From assembly GCF_009914755.1 (NCBI RefSeq), contig NC_060926.1: DNA of 64,000 nucleotides, one strand, 5' to 3'. The translations under genes were made by a program, and so were the position numbers. The number at the start of each line of letters is the position of its first letter. Positions within the stretch are counted from its first letter, which is position 1. Below, one piece after another: positions 42,677-57,258 of the stretch. The notes below the pieces were generated by a model. The model had not been told where the DNA came from. It did no database searches and saw only the letters and a program-made list of their open reading frames with translations. The DNA comes from the human T2T-CHM13v2.0 reference genome, Homo sapiens.

Positions 42677-45600
42677 AGAGTTCAGAAATAAAGCCACACA
42701 CTTACAACCATCTGATCTTTGACAAAATCAACAAAAAACAAGACATGGGGAAAGGACTCCCTATCTAATAAATGGTGCTGGGATAACTAGCTTGCCATAT
42801 GCACAAGACTGAAACTGGACCACTTGCACACACCATATACAAAAATCAACTTAAGGCAGACTAAATACTGAAATGTATAACCTAAAACTAGCAAAACTCT
42901 AGAAGAAAACCTAGGAAGTAGCATTGTGGACATAAGACCTGGCAAAGATTTCATGATGAGGACACCAAAAGCAATTGCAACAAAAGCAAAAATTGACAAA
43001 TGGAATCTAATAAAACTAAAGAACTTCTGCACAGCAAAAGAAACTATCAAAAGAATAAACAGACAACCTATGGAATGGGAGAAAAATTTTTTGTAAACTA
43101 TGCATCTGATAAAGGTCTAATATCCAGCATCTTGAAAGAACTTAAATTTACAAGAAAAAAAAATTTAAAAATGGAGAAAGGACATGAATGACACTTTTCC
43201 AAAGAAGACTATGTCCTCACCCAAATCTCAACTTTTCAGAAGAAGACAGGAAAATGTGAGAAAGTTTGAAGCTTCCTAGAGACCTGTTGAATGGCTTTGA
43301 CCAAAAGCATGATAGCAACATGGACAATAAGGTCCAGGCTGAGGTGATCTCAGATGGAGATGAGGAACTTGTTGGGAGCTGGAGCAAAGGTGACTCTTCC
43401 TATGTTTTTAGCAAAGAGACTAATGGCATTTTGCTCCTGCCCTAGAGATTTGTGGAACTTTGAACTTGAGAGAGATGACTTAGGGTATCTGGCAGAAGTT
43501 TCTAAGCAGCCAAGTATTCAAAACGTGACTTGAGTGCTGTTAAAAGCATTCCATTTTAAAAGGGAAACAGAGACTAAAAGCTCAAAAAATTTGCAGCCTG
43601 ACAACGCAGTAAGAAAGAAAAACTCATTTTTTGAGGAGAAATGCAAGCCAGCTGCATAAATTTGCATAAGTAGCAAGGAACCTAATGTTAATCCCCAAGA
43701 TCGTGGGGAAAATGTTCCAGGCTATGTCAGAGACCTTCACAGCAGCCCCTCCCATCACAAGCCCAGAGGCCCAGGAGGAGAAAGTGATTTTGTCAGCTGG
43801 GCCCAGGGTATCCATGCTCTGTGCAGCCTACAGACTTGTTGTTGCCCTGTGTCCCAGCCATTTAAGTGAAAGGGGCCAAGGCAGAGCTAAGGCTGTGACT
43901 TCAGAGAGTGGAAGCCCCAAGCCTTAGCAGCTTCCACATGGTGCTGAGCCTGGAGGGGCACAGAAGTCAAGAATCGAGGTTTGGGAACCTCTGCTTCGAT
44001 TTTAGAAGATGAATGAAAATGCATGGATGCCCAGGCAAAAGTTTGCTGCAGAGGTGGGGCCCTCATGGAGAACATCTGCTAGGGTAGTGTGGAAGAAAAA
44101 TGTGGCATCAGAGCCCCCACACAGAGTTCCCACTAGGGCATTGCCTAGTGGAGCTGTGAGAAGAGTGCCACCATCCTCCAGACCCCAGAATGGTAGATCT
44201 ACTGACAGTTTGCACTGCATGCCTGGAAAAGCTGCAGACACTCAACCCCAGCCCATGAAAGCATCTGGGAGGGAGGCTGTATCCTGCAAAGCCACAGGGG
44301 TGGAGCTGCCCAATATCATGGGAACCCACCTCTTACATCAGTGTGATCTGGATGTGAGACCTGGAGTTGAAGGAGATCATTTTGGAGCTTTAAAATTTTA
44401 CTGCCCCACTGGATTTCGGACTTGAATGGGCCCTGTAACTCTTTTGTTTTGGCCAATTTCTCATATTTGGAATGGCTGTATTTACCCAATACCTGTACCC
44501 CCATTGTATCTAGGAAGTAACTAGCTTGCTTTTGATTTTACAGGCTCATAAGGAGAAGGGATTTGTCTTGTCTCAGATAAGACTTTGGACTGTGGACTTT
44601 TGGGTTATTGTTGAAATGAGTTAAAACTTTGGGGGACTTTTGGGAAGGCATGATTGGTTTTGAAATGTGAGGACGTGAGATTTGGAGGGGCCAGGAGCAG
44701 AATGTTATATTTTTGTTCTATAGCCACCCAAATCTCAATTTGAACTGTATCTCCCAGAATTCCCACATATTGTGAGAGGGACCCATGGGGAGGTAATTCA
44801 ATTATGGGGGCTGGTCTTTCCCATGCTATTCTTGTGATGTGAATGAGTCTCACAAGATCTGATGGGTTTATCAGGGTTTCTACTTTTGCTTCTTCCTCAT
44901 TTTCTCTTCCCACCACCATGTAAGAAGTGCCTTTTGCCTCACACCATGATTCTGAGGCCTCCCCAGCCATGGGAAGCTATAAGTCCAATTAAACCTCTTT
45001 TTCTCCCCAGTCTTAGGTATGTCTTTATCAGCTGCATGAAAACGGACTAATACACTAATCATTAGAAAAATGCAAATCGAAACCACAGTGAGATACCATC
45101 TTACACCAGTAAGAATGGCTATTACTAAAAAGTCAAAAAGTAACAGATGCTAGCAAGGTTGCAGAGAAAAGGGAACAATTATACATTGCTGATGGGAATG
45201 TAAATTAGTTCAGCCATGTGGAAAGCAGATTGGTGATTTCTTAAGTAACTTAAAACAGAATTATCACTTGACCCAGCAAATCCATTATTGGATATATACT
45301 AAAATAATTATAAATCATTCTTCCATAAAGACAAATGCACACATATGTTCATTGCAGCACTATTCACAATTTCAAAGACATAGAATCAACCTAGGTACCC
45401 ACCAATAGTGGATTGGATAAAGAAAATGTGGTACATATACACCATAGAGTACTACACAGCCATAAAAAAGAATGGGATCATGTCCTTTGTAGCAATATGG
45501 ATGGAGCTGGAGGCCATTTTCCTAAGCTAACTAACACAGGGACAGAAAACCAAATACTACATATTCTTACTTATGAGTGGGAGCTAAACACTGAGTAGAG

Positions 45601-45806
45601 ATGAACAAAAGAAGGGAACATCCAATGCCAGGACCTACTTATGGTTAATGGTGGGACAAGAATGAGAGTCAAAATACTACCCATGAAGTACTATGCTTAT
45701 TACCTGGGTAATCAAATAATCTGTACATCCAACCCTCATGACACACATTTTACCTACATAACAAGCCTGCACATGTACCTGTGAACCTAAAATAAACGAT
45801 AAAAAA
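42677..45806 (+). mobile_element. L1PA15/16-like 5'-truncated LINE-1 interrupted by THE1A
   Basis: ORF2 3' part at 42677-43209 and from 45055 onward. 3' UTR GAGCTAAACACTGAGTA...TACTATGCTTATTACCTGGGTAA...GAACCTAAAATAAA. Confidence 0.85.
43210..45054 (+). mobile_element. THE1A provirus: 5' LTR remnant, THE1-int (43236-44702) and complete 3' LTR (44703-45054)
   Basis: Internal CAGAAGAAGACAGGAAAATGTG...TTTGGAGGGGCCAGG(A)GCAGAA. The LTR carries the THE1A-type GGGTTTATCAGGGTTTC..CTTTTGCTTCTTCCTCATTTTCTC and ends GGACTAATACA. Confidence 0.92.
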
Positions 45807-48747
45807 GAGCCTTGACCTACACCTGACATCTGATTAAAATTAGAATCAAAATGAAACACAGATGTGAACATAAAACACAAATCTATAAAACTTTTAGGAA
45901 AAAAATGCAAGAGCAAATCTTTGCTGCCTAAAGCAAAAAGATAGTTAGACTTAACACCAAAAGCGTGACTCTCAATTGAAAAATAATCAATACATTAAAC
46001 CTCTTAAAGTAAAAACTTTCCCTCTGGAAAAACCCGTGTTTAAAGGAGGAAAAGACAAACTACAGACTGGAAGGCGATATTTGCAAACCCCGTATCTGAC
46101 AAAGAAGTGATATGTAGAGAAAGAGATCTTCAAGGGATCAGGCAAGATAGCTGAGTAGATATAGCCAGGTGGACAGGGATGGAGAGGACTGGTGCACTCC
46201 TAACAGATCTTCAGAGGGAAGGCACCAAGAGTAGATGGAGGGAAGACACATAAACTGGGCTGATGGAGGAGGCAGCTGGGAGCCCTACACAGGGCTATGC
46301 ACACCGGGACTTGTTCCTGGCCTCCAATAACTCTAGAGGAATGGGAGCAACCCACCCTTGCGATGGGCCCCTGGAATTCTGGAAGGAAGATATGCCTCGA
46401 CCACCACCGACATTCAAATTGGCAAGGAGAACTGTTTACAGAAGTTGTAGGGGCAGCAAGTCAGCTGATGTGGAGCCCAAAAGGTTTGGTGTGGGAGAGT
46501 CTGTAGCAGAGCACACCTAGAGATGGTCATATCGCTTGGCTCCACTTGCTCTCATAGGAAACTTTAGCCCTAGGGAAATTGTCAGACCTAAACTCTGCAG
46601 GGTGGTCTCGCCCATTAGAAGAGACCAGTCCAACCTGAGTGCTCCTTGGTCTTCTGGCCTCTCCTAAGGTCCCAGCCTGCCAGTGCCTGCTTGCAAAACA
46701 GCCTCAGGTGCCCTGAGGGCCTGCATCATAGCTTCTGCACTGGTGGACTATACCTGACTGGCAGAGAGCTCCAGCAGGGCAGCCCCGAGGACCACACAGC
46801 AGCCCAGTAGCTCTCTCCCTACACTGCAGCTTCCCCAAGGCCCACGGCAACCACTTACATTGCTTTGCTGGTGACTGTGTGTGGGGATGGGTTTTGCTTT
46901 CCTTGACCTGCCAGTGCCTGCGTATATGCATGCACCCTGCTCTGCCACTGCCGAGGTGGTAGTGGAGTTCACTCCCACACCCCCGCCAACTGCCATTGCA
47001 GTCAGAGCCTTAGCAGGCACAGAGCAGCCAGCCCCACCCTGACCAGCATCCCACTCTTATTCCAACACTGCCACTGGAGTGAAACTAGGCACAGAGAATA
47101 ACAAATTCTTCCCTGCCTGGAGCACCCACCCCAGCCTGCAATGCACAGAATATGCACAACGACCTGTGCCTGCCAGGACCCCCTACCCCTCATGCCAACA
47201 TCACCACCAGTGCAACTATGTGCACAGTCACCAGCAGCTCCCTCTGCCAAGCCACATTTCCTCCACCCCTGTTGTGAACACCTTCATGGAGGCAGGCACC
47301 CTAGCACCAGCTAGCACCCTGCCGCAGCCAAGAAGCATGCACCCTACTGTGCTGCCACAGCCACTGCTGCTGACATTTGCAAATGAAGACAGATCCTGGG
47401 GTCATCACATTACAAAATGCTTTGGGTGACATCGTCCATCAGAGTTTAATGAATAATGGTCTGGGAGCACCTTGGGCCACCCCAGGGCAGTGGGTTCCTA
47501 AGTGCACGGAGCCAGAGAACAAAGTCAGGGTCCATTAGGAGTCCCCCAGGGTTAAAGCACACAGTCTAAGAGTAGGGAGCTGAGTGTTAGCCCCCCAAAA
47601 TCTTCCAGAAACAAAGCCAGTCAACTAAGTCACCCTCATACCACAATCAAACCCTCAAGGCCATCAAATAGGATAAAAGAAAACAAAGCCCATCTGAAAG
47701 TCAGCAACTGCAAAGATTGAAGGAACATAAGCCAACAAAGAGGAGAAAGAACGAGTACAAGAGCCCTGAGAACTTAAAAAGCCAGAGTGCCTTCTTTCCT
47801 GCAAAAGACCACACCACCTCTCCAGCAAGGGTTCTGAACCAGGCTGAGATGGCTGAAATGACAGAAATAGAGTTCAGAATATAGATAGGAATGAAGATCA
47901 TTGAGATGCAGGAGTATGTTGAAAGCCAATCCAAGGAAGCTAAGAATCACAATAAAATGATACAGGAGCTGACAGACAAAATGGCCATTATAGAAAAGCA
48001 TGTAACTGACAGAGCTGAAAAACACACTACAACAATTTCAAAATGTAATCACAAGTATTAATAGCAGAATAGACAAAGCAGAAGGAAGAATCTCAGAGCT
48101 TGAAAACTGGTTTTCTGAAATTAGATAGTCAGAGAAGAATAGAGAAAAAAGAGTGAAAAGGAATGAACAGAACCTCTGAGAAATATGAGATTGTGTAAAG
48201 AGACTGAATCTATGACTCATTGGTGTTCCTGAAAGAGATGGGGAGCATGTAGGCAACTTGGGAAACCTATTTCAATGTATCATCCATGAGAACTTCCCCA
48301 ACCTAGACAGAGAGGCCAACATTCAAATTCAGATGATGTAGAAAACCTCAGTCAGATACTTCAAAAGAAGATAATCCCCAAGACACATAATCATCAGATT
48401 CTCCAAGGTCAAAATGAAAGGAAAAATGTTAAAAGCCACTAGAGAGAAAGGTCAGGTCACCTACGGAGTGAAGCCCAACAGTACAATAGCAGATGCCTCA
48501 GGAGATACATTACAAGCCAGAAGAAATTGGGGCTAATATTTGTCATTCTTAAAGAAAAAAAAATTCCTACCCAGAATTTTATAGTTAGCAAAACTAAGCT
48601 TTACAAGGAACAGAAAAATAAGATCATTTTCAGGCAAGCAAATGCTGAGAATTTGTTAGCACCAGACTTGCCTTACAAGAGCTCCTGAAGGAAGCACTAA
48701 ATGTGGAAAAGAAAGACCATTACTAGCCACTACAAAAAACACCCTTA

Positions 48748-49097
<350 letters not shown>

Positions 49098-49140
49098 AAA
49101 CCACATAAACAATTCTGCCTAGTAACCAGCTAACATCATT

Positions 49141-52100
49141 ATGACAAGGTCAAATCCACACATATCGATACTCACCTTGAATGTAAATGGACTAAATGCT
49201 CTAATTAAAAGGCACAGAGTGGTAAGCTGGATAAAGAACCAAGAGCCATTGATACGCTGTCTTCAGGAGACCCAGCTCCCATGTAATGACACCCATAGGC
49301 TCAAAGTAAAGAAATGGAGACAAATCTACCAAGCAAATATAAAACAGAATGAAGAAGGGGTTGCAATCATAATTTTATACAAAACAGACTTTAAGCCAAC
49401 AAAGTTCAAAAAAGACAAAGAAAGGCATTATACAATGGTAAAAGGTTCAATTCCACAAGAAGACCTAACTATTCTAAATATATACGCACCCAACACAGGA
49501 GCACCTAGATTCATAAAACAAGTTCTTAGAGACCTTCAAAGAGACTTAGACTTGCACATAATACTAGCAGGAGACTTCAACACCCTACTGAATGTATTAG
49601 ACAGATCATCAAGAAAATCAACTAAGTTATTCAGGACTGAAACTCAGCACTGGATCAAATGGACCTGATAGATATCTACAGAACTCTCCACCCCAAAACA
49701 ACAGAGTACAATTTTTTGTTCATTGCTAAATGGCACAAATTTTAAAATTGATCACATAATTGGACATAAGACTCTCCTTAGCAAATGCAAAAGAACTGAA
49801 ACTATAACAACCAATATCTCAGATCACAGCACAATTAAATTTACAATTACATGGAAATTCAATAACCTGCTCCTGAATGACTTTTCATTAAATAATGAAA
49901 TTAAGGCAGAAATCGAGAAGTTCTTAGAAACTAATGAGAAGAAAGATACAATATACCAGAATCTCTGGGACACAGCTAAGGAAATATCAAGAGGGAAATT
50001 TATAGCACCAAATGTCCACATCAAAAAGTGAAAAAGATCTCAATTTAACAATCTAACTCACAACTAAAAGAACTAAAGAACCAAGAAAAAACCACCCCAA
50101 AGGTAGCAGAAGACAAGAAATAAACAAAATCGGAGCTGAACTGAAGGAGATTAAGATATGAAAAAAACAATTTAAAAGATCAACAAATCCAGGAGCTGGT
50201 TTTATGAAAAAATTAATCAAACAAACCACTAGCTAGACGAATAAAGGAGAAAGGAGAGAAGACCCACATAAACATAATTAGAAATGACAAAGGAGATATT
50301 ACCACTGACCCCAGAAATACAAATAAACATCAGAGAATACTATGAAGACCTCTATGCACATAAACTAGAAAATCTATAAGAAACAGATAAATTCCTTGTT
50401 ACATACACCCTCTCAAGACTGAGCCAGGAAGATGTTGAATTCCTGAACAGAAAAATAATGGGCTCTGAAATTGAATCAATAAGAAATAGCTTACCAACTA
50501 AAGAAAGCCCAGGACCAGATGGATTTACAGCTGAATTCTACCAGGTATACAAAGAAGAGCTGGTACCATTCCTGTTGAAACTATTCCAAAATATTGAGGA
50601 GGAGAGACTCCTCCATAACTCATCCTATGATGCCAGCATCATTGTGATACCAAAACCTGGCAGAGACATAAAAACAAAAGAAAACTTTAGGCCAAGTTTA
50701 TGAACACCAATGCAAAAATCCTCAACAAAATACTGGTAAATAAATCCCCAACACATCAAAAAACTTATCCACCACAATCAAATAGGCTCCGGGGATGCAA
50801 GGTTGGTTCAACATAAGCAAATCAATAAATGTGATTCATCTCATAAACAGAACTGAAGACAGAAAACCCATGATTATCTCAATAGATGCAGAAAAGGATT
50901 TTGATAAAATTCAACAACCCTTCATGTTAAAAACTCTCAATAAACTAGGTATTAAAAGGAACACATTTCCAAATAATGAGACCCACCTATCCATTGATGA
51001 CAAACCGTAGTGAACATCATACTGAATGGGCACAAAGTTGGAAGCATTCCCCCTGAAAATCAGCACAAGACAGCAATAACCTCTCTCAGCATTCCTGTTT
51101 AACATAGTATTGAAAGTCCTAGCCAGAGCAAACAGGCAAGAGGAAGAAATAATGGACATCCAAGTAGGAAGAGAAGAAGTCAAACTATCCCTGTTTACAG
51201 AAAACAAGATGCTGTATTTAGAATATCTCACAGTCTTGACCCAAAAGCTCCTTAAGCTAATAACTTCAGTGAAGTCTCAGGATGCAAAATCAATATAAAA
51301 AATCTAGCATTCCTAGTAACTATACCAACAACTGAAAGCCTAATTAGGAACGCAATCCCATTTACAATTGCCACAAAAAGAATAAATTACCTAGGAATAC
51401 AGCTAACTAGTGAGGTGAAAGTTTTCTGTAAGGAGAACTGCAAACCACTGCTCAAAGAAATCAGAGACGACACAAACAAATGGGAAAATATTCAATGTTC
51501 ACATATAGGAAGAATCAATATCATTAAAAAGGCCATGCTGCCCAAAGCAATTTACAGTCAATGCTATTAGTATTAAACTACCAATGACATTCTTCACAGA
51601 GGTAGAAAAAACTATTTTAAAATTCAAATGGAACAAAAAAGAGCCCCAATAGCCAAGGCAAACCAAAGCAAAAAGAACAAAGCTGGAGCATCATGCTACC
51701 CGACTTCAAACTATACTACAAGGCTATAGTGACAGCATAGTACTGATACAAAAACAGACACATAGAGCAGTGGAAATGAATAACGAGCCCAGAAATAAGG
51801 CTGCACACCTACAGCTATCTGATATTTGACAAGCTCCACAAAAACAAGCAATGGGGAAAGGATTCCCTATCCAATAAATGGTGCTGGGTTAACTGGCTAG
51901 CCATATGCAGAAGATTGAAACTGGACCCCTTCCTTACACCATATACAAAAATTAACTCAAGATGGACTAAAGACTTAAATGTAAATCCCAAAACTATAAA
52001 AACCCTGGAAGGCAATTAGGCAATAGCATTCTGAACATAGGACTGGGCAAAAATTTCATGACAAAGACACCAAAAGCAATTTGAACAAAAACAAAAATTG

Positions 52101-52890
52101 ACAGATAGGACCTAAGTAAACTAAAAAGCTCCTGCACAGCAAAAGAAACTATTAACAGAGTAAACAGACAAGCAACAGAATGGGAGAAAAGTTTTGCAAA
52201 CTATGCCTCTGACAAAGGTCTAATATCCAGCATCTATAAGGAACTTAAACGAATTTACAAGAAAAAAATTTAAAAATGGGCAAAGGACATGAACAGACAC
52301 TTTTCAAAAGACATACATGCAGCCAACAAGCATACAAATTAAAGCTCAACATCACTGATTATTAGAGAAATGCAAATCCAAACCACAGTGAGATACCATC
52401 TCACATCAGTCAGAATGGCTATTACTAAAGTCAAAAACAAACAAACAGATATGGGCAAAGTTACAGAGAAAAAGGAATGCTTACACACTTGGTGGGAATG
52501 TGAATTAAACAATTGTGGAAAGCAATGTGGCCATTCCTCAAAGACCTGAAAACAAAAATACCATTCAAGCCAGCAATCTCATTACTGGGTATTTACCCAA
52601 AGGAATATAAATCATTCTAACATAAAGATACATGTACTAATATGTTCATTGCAGCACTATTCACAATAGCAAAGACATGGAATCAACCTAAAAAACCCAT
52701 CAGTGGTAGACCGGTTAAATAAAATGTGGTACATATACACCATGAATTACTATGCAGCCACAAAATAGAATGAAATCATGTCCTTTGGAAGAACATGGAT
52801 GGAGCTAGAGGCCATTACCCTAAGCAAACTAACACAGGAACAGAAAGTCAAATATTGCATGTTCTCACTAATATGTGGGAGCTAAATGAT
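49141..52890 (+). pseudogene. Disrupted L1 ORF2 (endonuclease/reverse transcriptase)
   Basis: Fragmented ORFs 49141-49668 (APE endonuclease, GDFN motif), 49723-50031, 50458-50703 (PGPDGF), 50795-51010 and 51110-51298. Many frameshifts. Confidence 0.9.
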
Positions 52891-54859
52891 GAGAACACAT
52901 GGATACGTGGGGGGAACAACAGACACTGGGGCCTATCAGAGGGTGGAGTATAAGAGGAAGGAGAGGATCAGAAAAAATAACTAATGGATACTGGGCTTAA
53001 TACCTGGGTAATGAAATAATCTGTACAACAAACCCCATGACAGTAGTTTAACTGTATCACAAATCTGCACATGTTAAATTGAAAAAAGAACTGGTATCTA
53101 GAATATATAAAGTACTTTCAAAATTCAACAATTAAAAAGATGAACAATCCAAATAGATAATAGACAAAATATAATATGAAAAGACATTTTATAGAAGAGG
53201 AAATATAGATGACCAAGAAACACATAACAAGATGTTTTAGCCATTAGGGAAATGCAAATTAAAAACTACAATGAGATAACACTACACACAGTTCAAACTG
53301 GCCAAAATGTAAAAATAAGTATTGACAACAACAAGTGTTTGTGAGGACGAAAAGAAATTGGGCCACACCCACCCTGCTAGTGGCAGTATAAAATGGCCTA
53401 GCCACTCTGGAAAACAATTTGGAAAATTTCATCTAAAAGCAAACATGTAACTACCATACCATCCAGAAATTGCACTCTTGTGTATTCTAGAGACATGAAA
53501 GCTTATATTCACAGAAAATCTGTACATAGATATTCATAGAAGCTTTATTTATAATAGGCCCAAACTGGAAACAACCCAGATGTCCTTCAGGGGGTGAATT
53601 GGAAATAAACTGTGGTACATCAATACCAATAAAAATATGAATGAACTACTGATACACATAACATTTTGGATGCATCTCCAGGGAATTATACTAAATGAGG
53701 AAAAAAATCCCACATGGTTACATACTGCATGATTCCATTTATATGTCATTCTTGAAATGACAAAATTATAAAAATAGAAGAGAGATTTGTGATTGACAGG
53801 ATTAGAGAACGGGGAGCTGGGGAAGACAGCTGGATGTGGCTGTAAAAGAGCAACACACGATTCTTGCGGCTTTGGAAAGGCACTGTGTCAATATCAATAT
53901 CCTGACTGTGTTACTATACCATAGTTTTGTAATGTTATCAGGGGAAGAAACCTGGTAAAGCATACAGGGGATCTCTCTATATTATTTCTTACAATTCATG
54001 TGGATTTACAATGATTTCAAAATAAAAAGCTTAAGTGAAAAAAAAGATAGAACATTGTCTTTTTTATTCATACAATGGAAAGTTAGTGAATCGCTGCTCC
54101 ACTGAGAGGAGGAGTGAAATGACCTGACTTGGATTTTAGAACAATCCCTCTGGCTTCTGCAGCAGGGAATGGTGGAAGTAGGAATTCCGGGATAGATGAT
54201 ATGAAAAAAAATCCAAGATGGAGGTGAGATTGGGTTGGACCAGGGATATCGTAGATGTAGGCGAATTGTTTAGGTTCTAGACCCCTTTTGAAGGTAGAGC
54301 AGACAACAATGGCCCATGGATTGCATTTGGGGTGCTAGACTCTCATAATTTTGCCTCCAGCTCATACTTCATCTCTTCTTCATTTGTCTTATGTTGTACA
54401 ACTCTCTTAAATTCTAGGGCACTTTACTTGTGCACCTTGACATTGGACATTAGCACTTCCTCCTGTCTTCTCCTGGCTAATTTCTACTCACCCTTTAGGT
54501 TTCAGTTGACTCAGTTGAAGATATTTTTTTTTTGGAGGATCTTTTCTACAGCTTGGTTTTTAAACAGAAGGTTTTATTTTATTTTATTTTTGCTAAGGCA
54601 CCAACACAAGAACTGCATCTCAGTTCCTTACTTAGATGAGGAAGGATGATAATATCACTTAATGATTGTCAAATCCCTTCTATGTTCCAGCTACTGGGCT
54701 GACTGTATTTTGCGTATAATATTTCATTAAATTCTCAAGATACAGGGAACAACATGAGGAAAGTTTTAGAGTTAGGAAATCAAGGTTGATAACCGTGACA
54801 TGTCAGATGTTAGCCTCCTCTACTAATTAGAAAATATTTAACAACTAGCTTCAGTTGAA

Positions 54860-55070
54860 GTCATTTCCTATGTTGCAGGAATTATGCCAAATGCTTTATA
54901 TGTATTATTGCAATTAGTCCTTGAAAGAAATTTATGAAATAAATACTATTTTGATTTTATAGATGGGTAAACTAAGTCCTGGAGAGGCTAAATAACTTTC
55001 CTAAGGTGACATAGCCATTAAGCGGTAAGTCATAGAGCCAGCACTTACTAACTAAAGCCTGTGGGCCTGA
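54860..55070 (-). mobile_element. MIR SINE
   Basis: ATTTTATAGATGGGTAAACTAAGTCCTGGAGAGGCTAAATAACTTTCCTAAGGTGACATAGC. Confidence 0.75.
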
Positions 55071-55784
55071 AAGCCAGCCTATGTTAACCTACAGCTTCAG
55101 GCTCAGTCCCACCACTCTCCCCACCCCACCCCTTAGGAGAGGATTTCCTTCTTAGGTGTGTCTTTCGATTTCCCATTTCCGTTGTGTTACCCATCTGTAA
55201 CAAGCTTCTTGCCATCCCTTCAGTTTTGCACTTCTCATGAATGGCTTCTCCCCATATATATTCTCATGCATGCAGCCAGCATCACAAAAGGCCCTACCCT
55301 TACTTGTCTCTACTCAGATGAGTAATGACTTTTGAAAGCTGATTGGAAACAAATGTTTTATGCACTTTTTATTACAGAGCACATTAAAGTTCACTTCAAC
55401 ACAAGCCCTCAAATCACCTTGGATCTTAAAGAGCTAGTTGGTAAACCAATCTTTACTTGTTTTCATTGACCCAGAAAACTCCCTGGAACTTTCCAAGTGA
55501 ATAAAGCAAGATGCTTATCCTTAATTGATGACAACCCATCCTTTCAAGCTACTTTGCTTTTCTGGGACATTTGGCAGACAAACCTGGGTTTGTCTCTACT
55601 GCAGGTTGTTGAAAATCATTTTATTTTCTGTACTCAATGGCTAATTTTCTTAACTTCACTAACAGGTGAAGGGTGACTCCGACTTTTTATGATGTTGACA
55701 TATTTATCTTTCAGATCTCAACTATTCAAAGAAAATAAATAGGAAAACTGTTCTCTTTAGCGAGTTAAGTTTAGTGGGCTCAGA

Positions 55785-55962
55785 ATATATACATATATAC
55801 ACACACACATATATAGTGTGTGCTATATGTAAATATATATGTGTATATATGTATATATATAAATATACATAAATATACTTTTAATTGAGCTCATATTCTG
55901 GACTATAGCTCAATAAATATTCTCTCACACACACACAAACACACACACACACACACGTATAT
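55785..55962. repeat. Compound (TA)n/(CA)n simple repeats
   Basis: Seen directly. Confidence 0.9.
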
Positions 55963-57045
55963 AAATGAGCTCCATTAAATGACCCTTTCCAACACCTTCC
56001 TAGAAGTTGTAGAGGCCTCCCAGATGATCAGCACATTTGCCCATATATCTTTTTTGAAAGTCCTGTATCATGGGGGGAGCTGAGTATACAGTAATTTTTA
56101 AAATTCTAAAAAATGAAGTCTCCTTTTAAAAAAAAATCTTGAAGAAAAATAAGCAGCACTTAATCGAAGAGCATTACAGGTTGAAGCCATCTGAGGCTCT
56201 CCCAGACCACTGCATTCTAGCCAACGTATCTGTAGAGTCCTTTTTAAATCCACATCTGCATCTTCATCTGGGGGCCCTCCAAATCATAACCACAGCCCAC
56301 TCACATGGGAAGACCATTCTTTTTTTGCCTAAATATTCCAATGCCTTTGTACATTTCCCTGTATCTGTGAAATCCTTCTGGGTACCATTGAGTCTCTTTC
56401 TGGGGTTGGGGGGTGGGGCAGGTGGGCAAAGTCTACTAGAGGAATGTGAAGTAAATTCTGTTTTCTTTCTCCTAACAGTTAGTGATAATTTTCTCAGCAA
56501 GTGTGCCTTTGAGCATGGATGATGAGGAAGACAACTGAGTAACTTCAACAGCTGTTTTATGTGAGGACAATTCTATCTTGGAACTTCTTGCCAATGATCC
56601 AGGCTATTGTCACGTCATCTGCCATAGCCTGTGTCACATAATCTAATCTTTTTCACAAAGTGGCTGTCTTCAAAGAGCCTTTTAAAATAGCTTAATTCCA
56701 GGATGGGCACCCTTACAGAACTGAAGCACAGGTAACGATACCACAGATTTACAAACTCATCCACATACTAGTCACATGTTTTAAATAAAATGAAAAGACA
56801 AATACAGTGAGTTTTCACATTCAGGAGCAATAAACATTGTAATGGAAATATTTTATAAAAGAGACTGCAGATCTATTTTCCAATAAACAACAAGAGGTAG
56901 GAAAGAATCTTCTAGTACAGAGACTGACATGTAAAAATTACTCCTAGTATTATAGTAATAGTCACCAAAGTTTCCTTTGCTTAAAACAATAATAGAAGAT
57001 TATGGCAGCTAAATCACTAATTGAGAATAGGTAAATCTATAGTAG

Positions 57046-57223
57046 TGTAAGGGCCAAGCCTATGAAGTCTCCCTGAAAAACCAACTCACTAAAGGCAGAT
57101 GAGTGGAAGATAAGGCATACAAACATATTTAATGTGTATACACAGGATCCTTCAGAACAAAGACCCAAAGACAAGCAGAGATTGTCCATTTTTGTCCTTT
57201 AGTTTCAACAAAATATGAACAGC
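57046..57223 (-). mobile_element. ERV1-type (MER4-group-like) LTR end fragment
   Basis: TGTAAGGGCCAAG...CTGAAAAACCAACTCACTAAAGGCAGATGAGTGGAAGATAAGGCATACAAA resembles a recalled LTR terminus. Family not certain. Confidence 0.5.
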
Positions 57224-57258
57224 TGTATTAGTCTGTTTTCACACTAGTGTAAAGAACT
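57224..57258 (-). mobile_element. 35-bp terminus of an MST/THE1 MaLR LTR
   Basis: TGTATTAGTCTGTTTTCACACTAGTGTAAAGAACT is the reverse complement of the MaLR 3' end (compare ...GAAAACGGACTAATACA at 45038-45054). Confidence 0.75.

Noticed and set aside
43624-44970. Cluster of 60-138 aa ORFs
   Set aside because: All lie within THE1-int/LTR and are degenerate MaLR sequence, not a gene.
46263-47429. GC-rich ORF cluster resembling a promoter or first exon
   Set aside because: It is the 5' UTR of the TSD-bounded L1 at 46119-53084.
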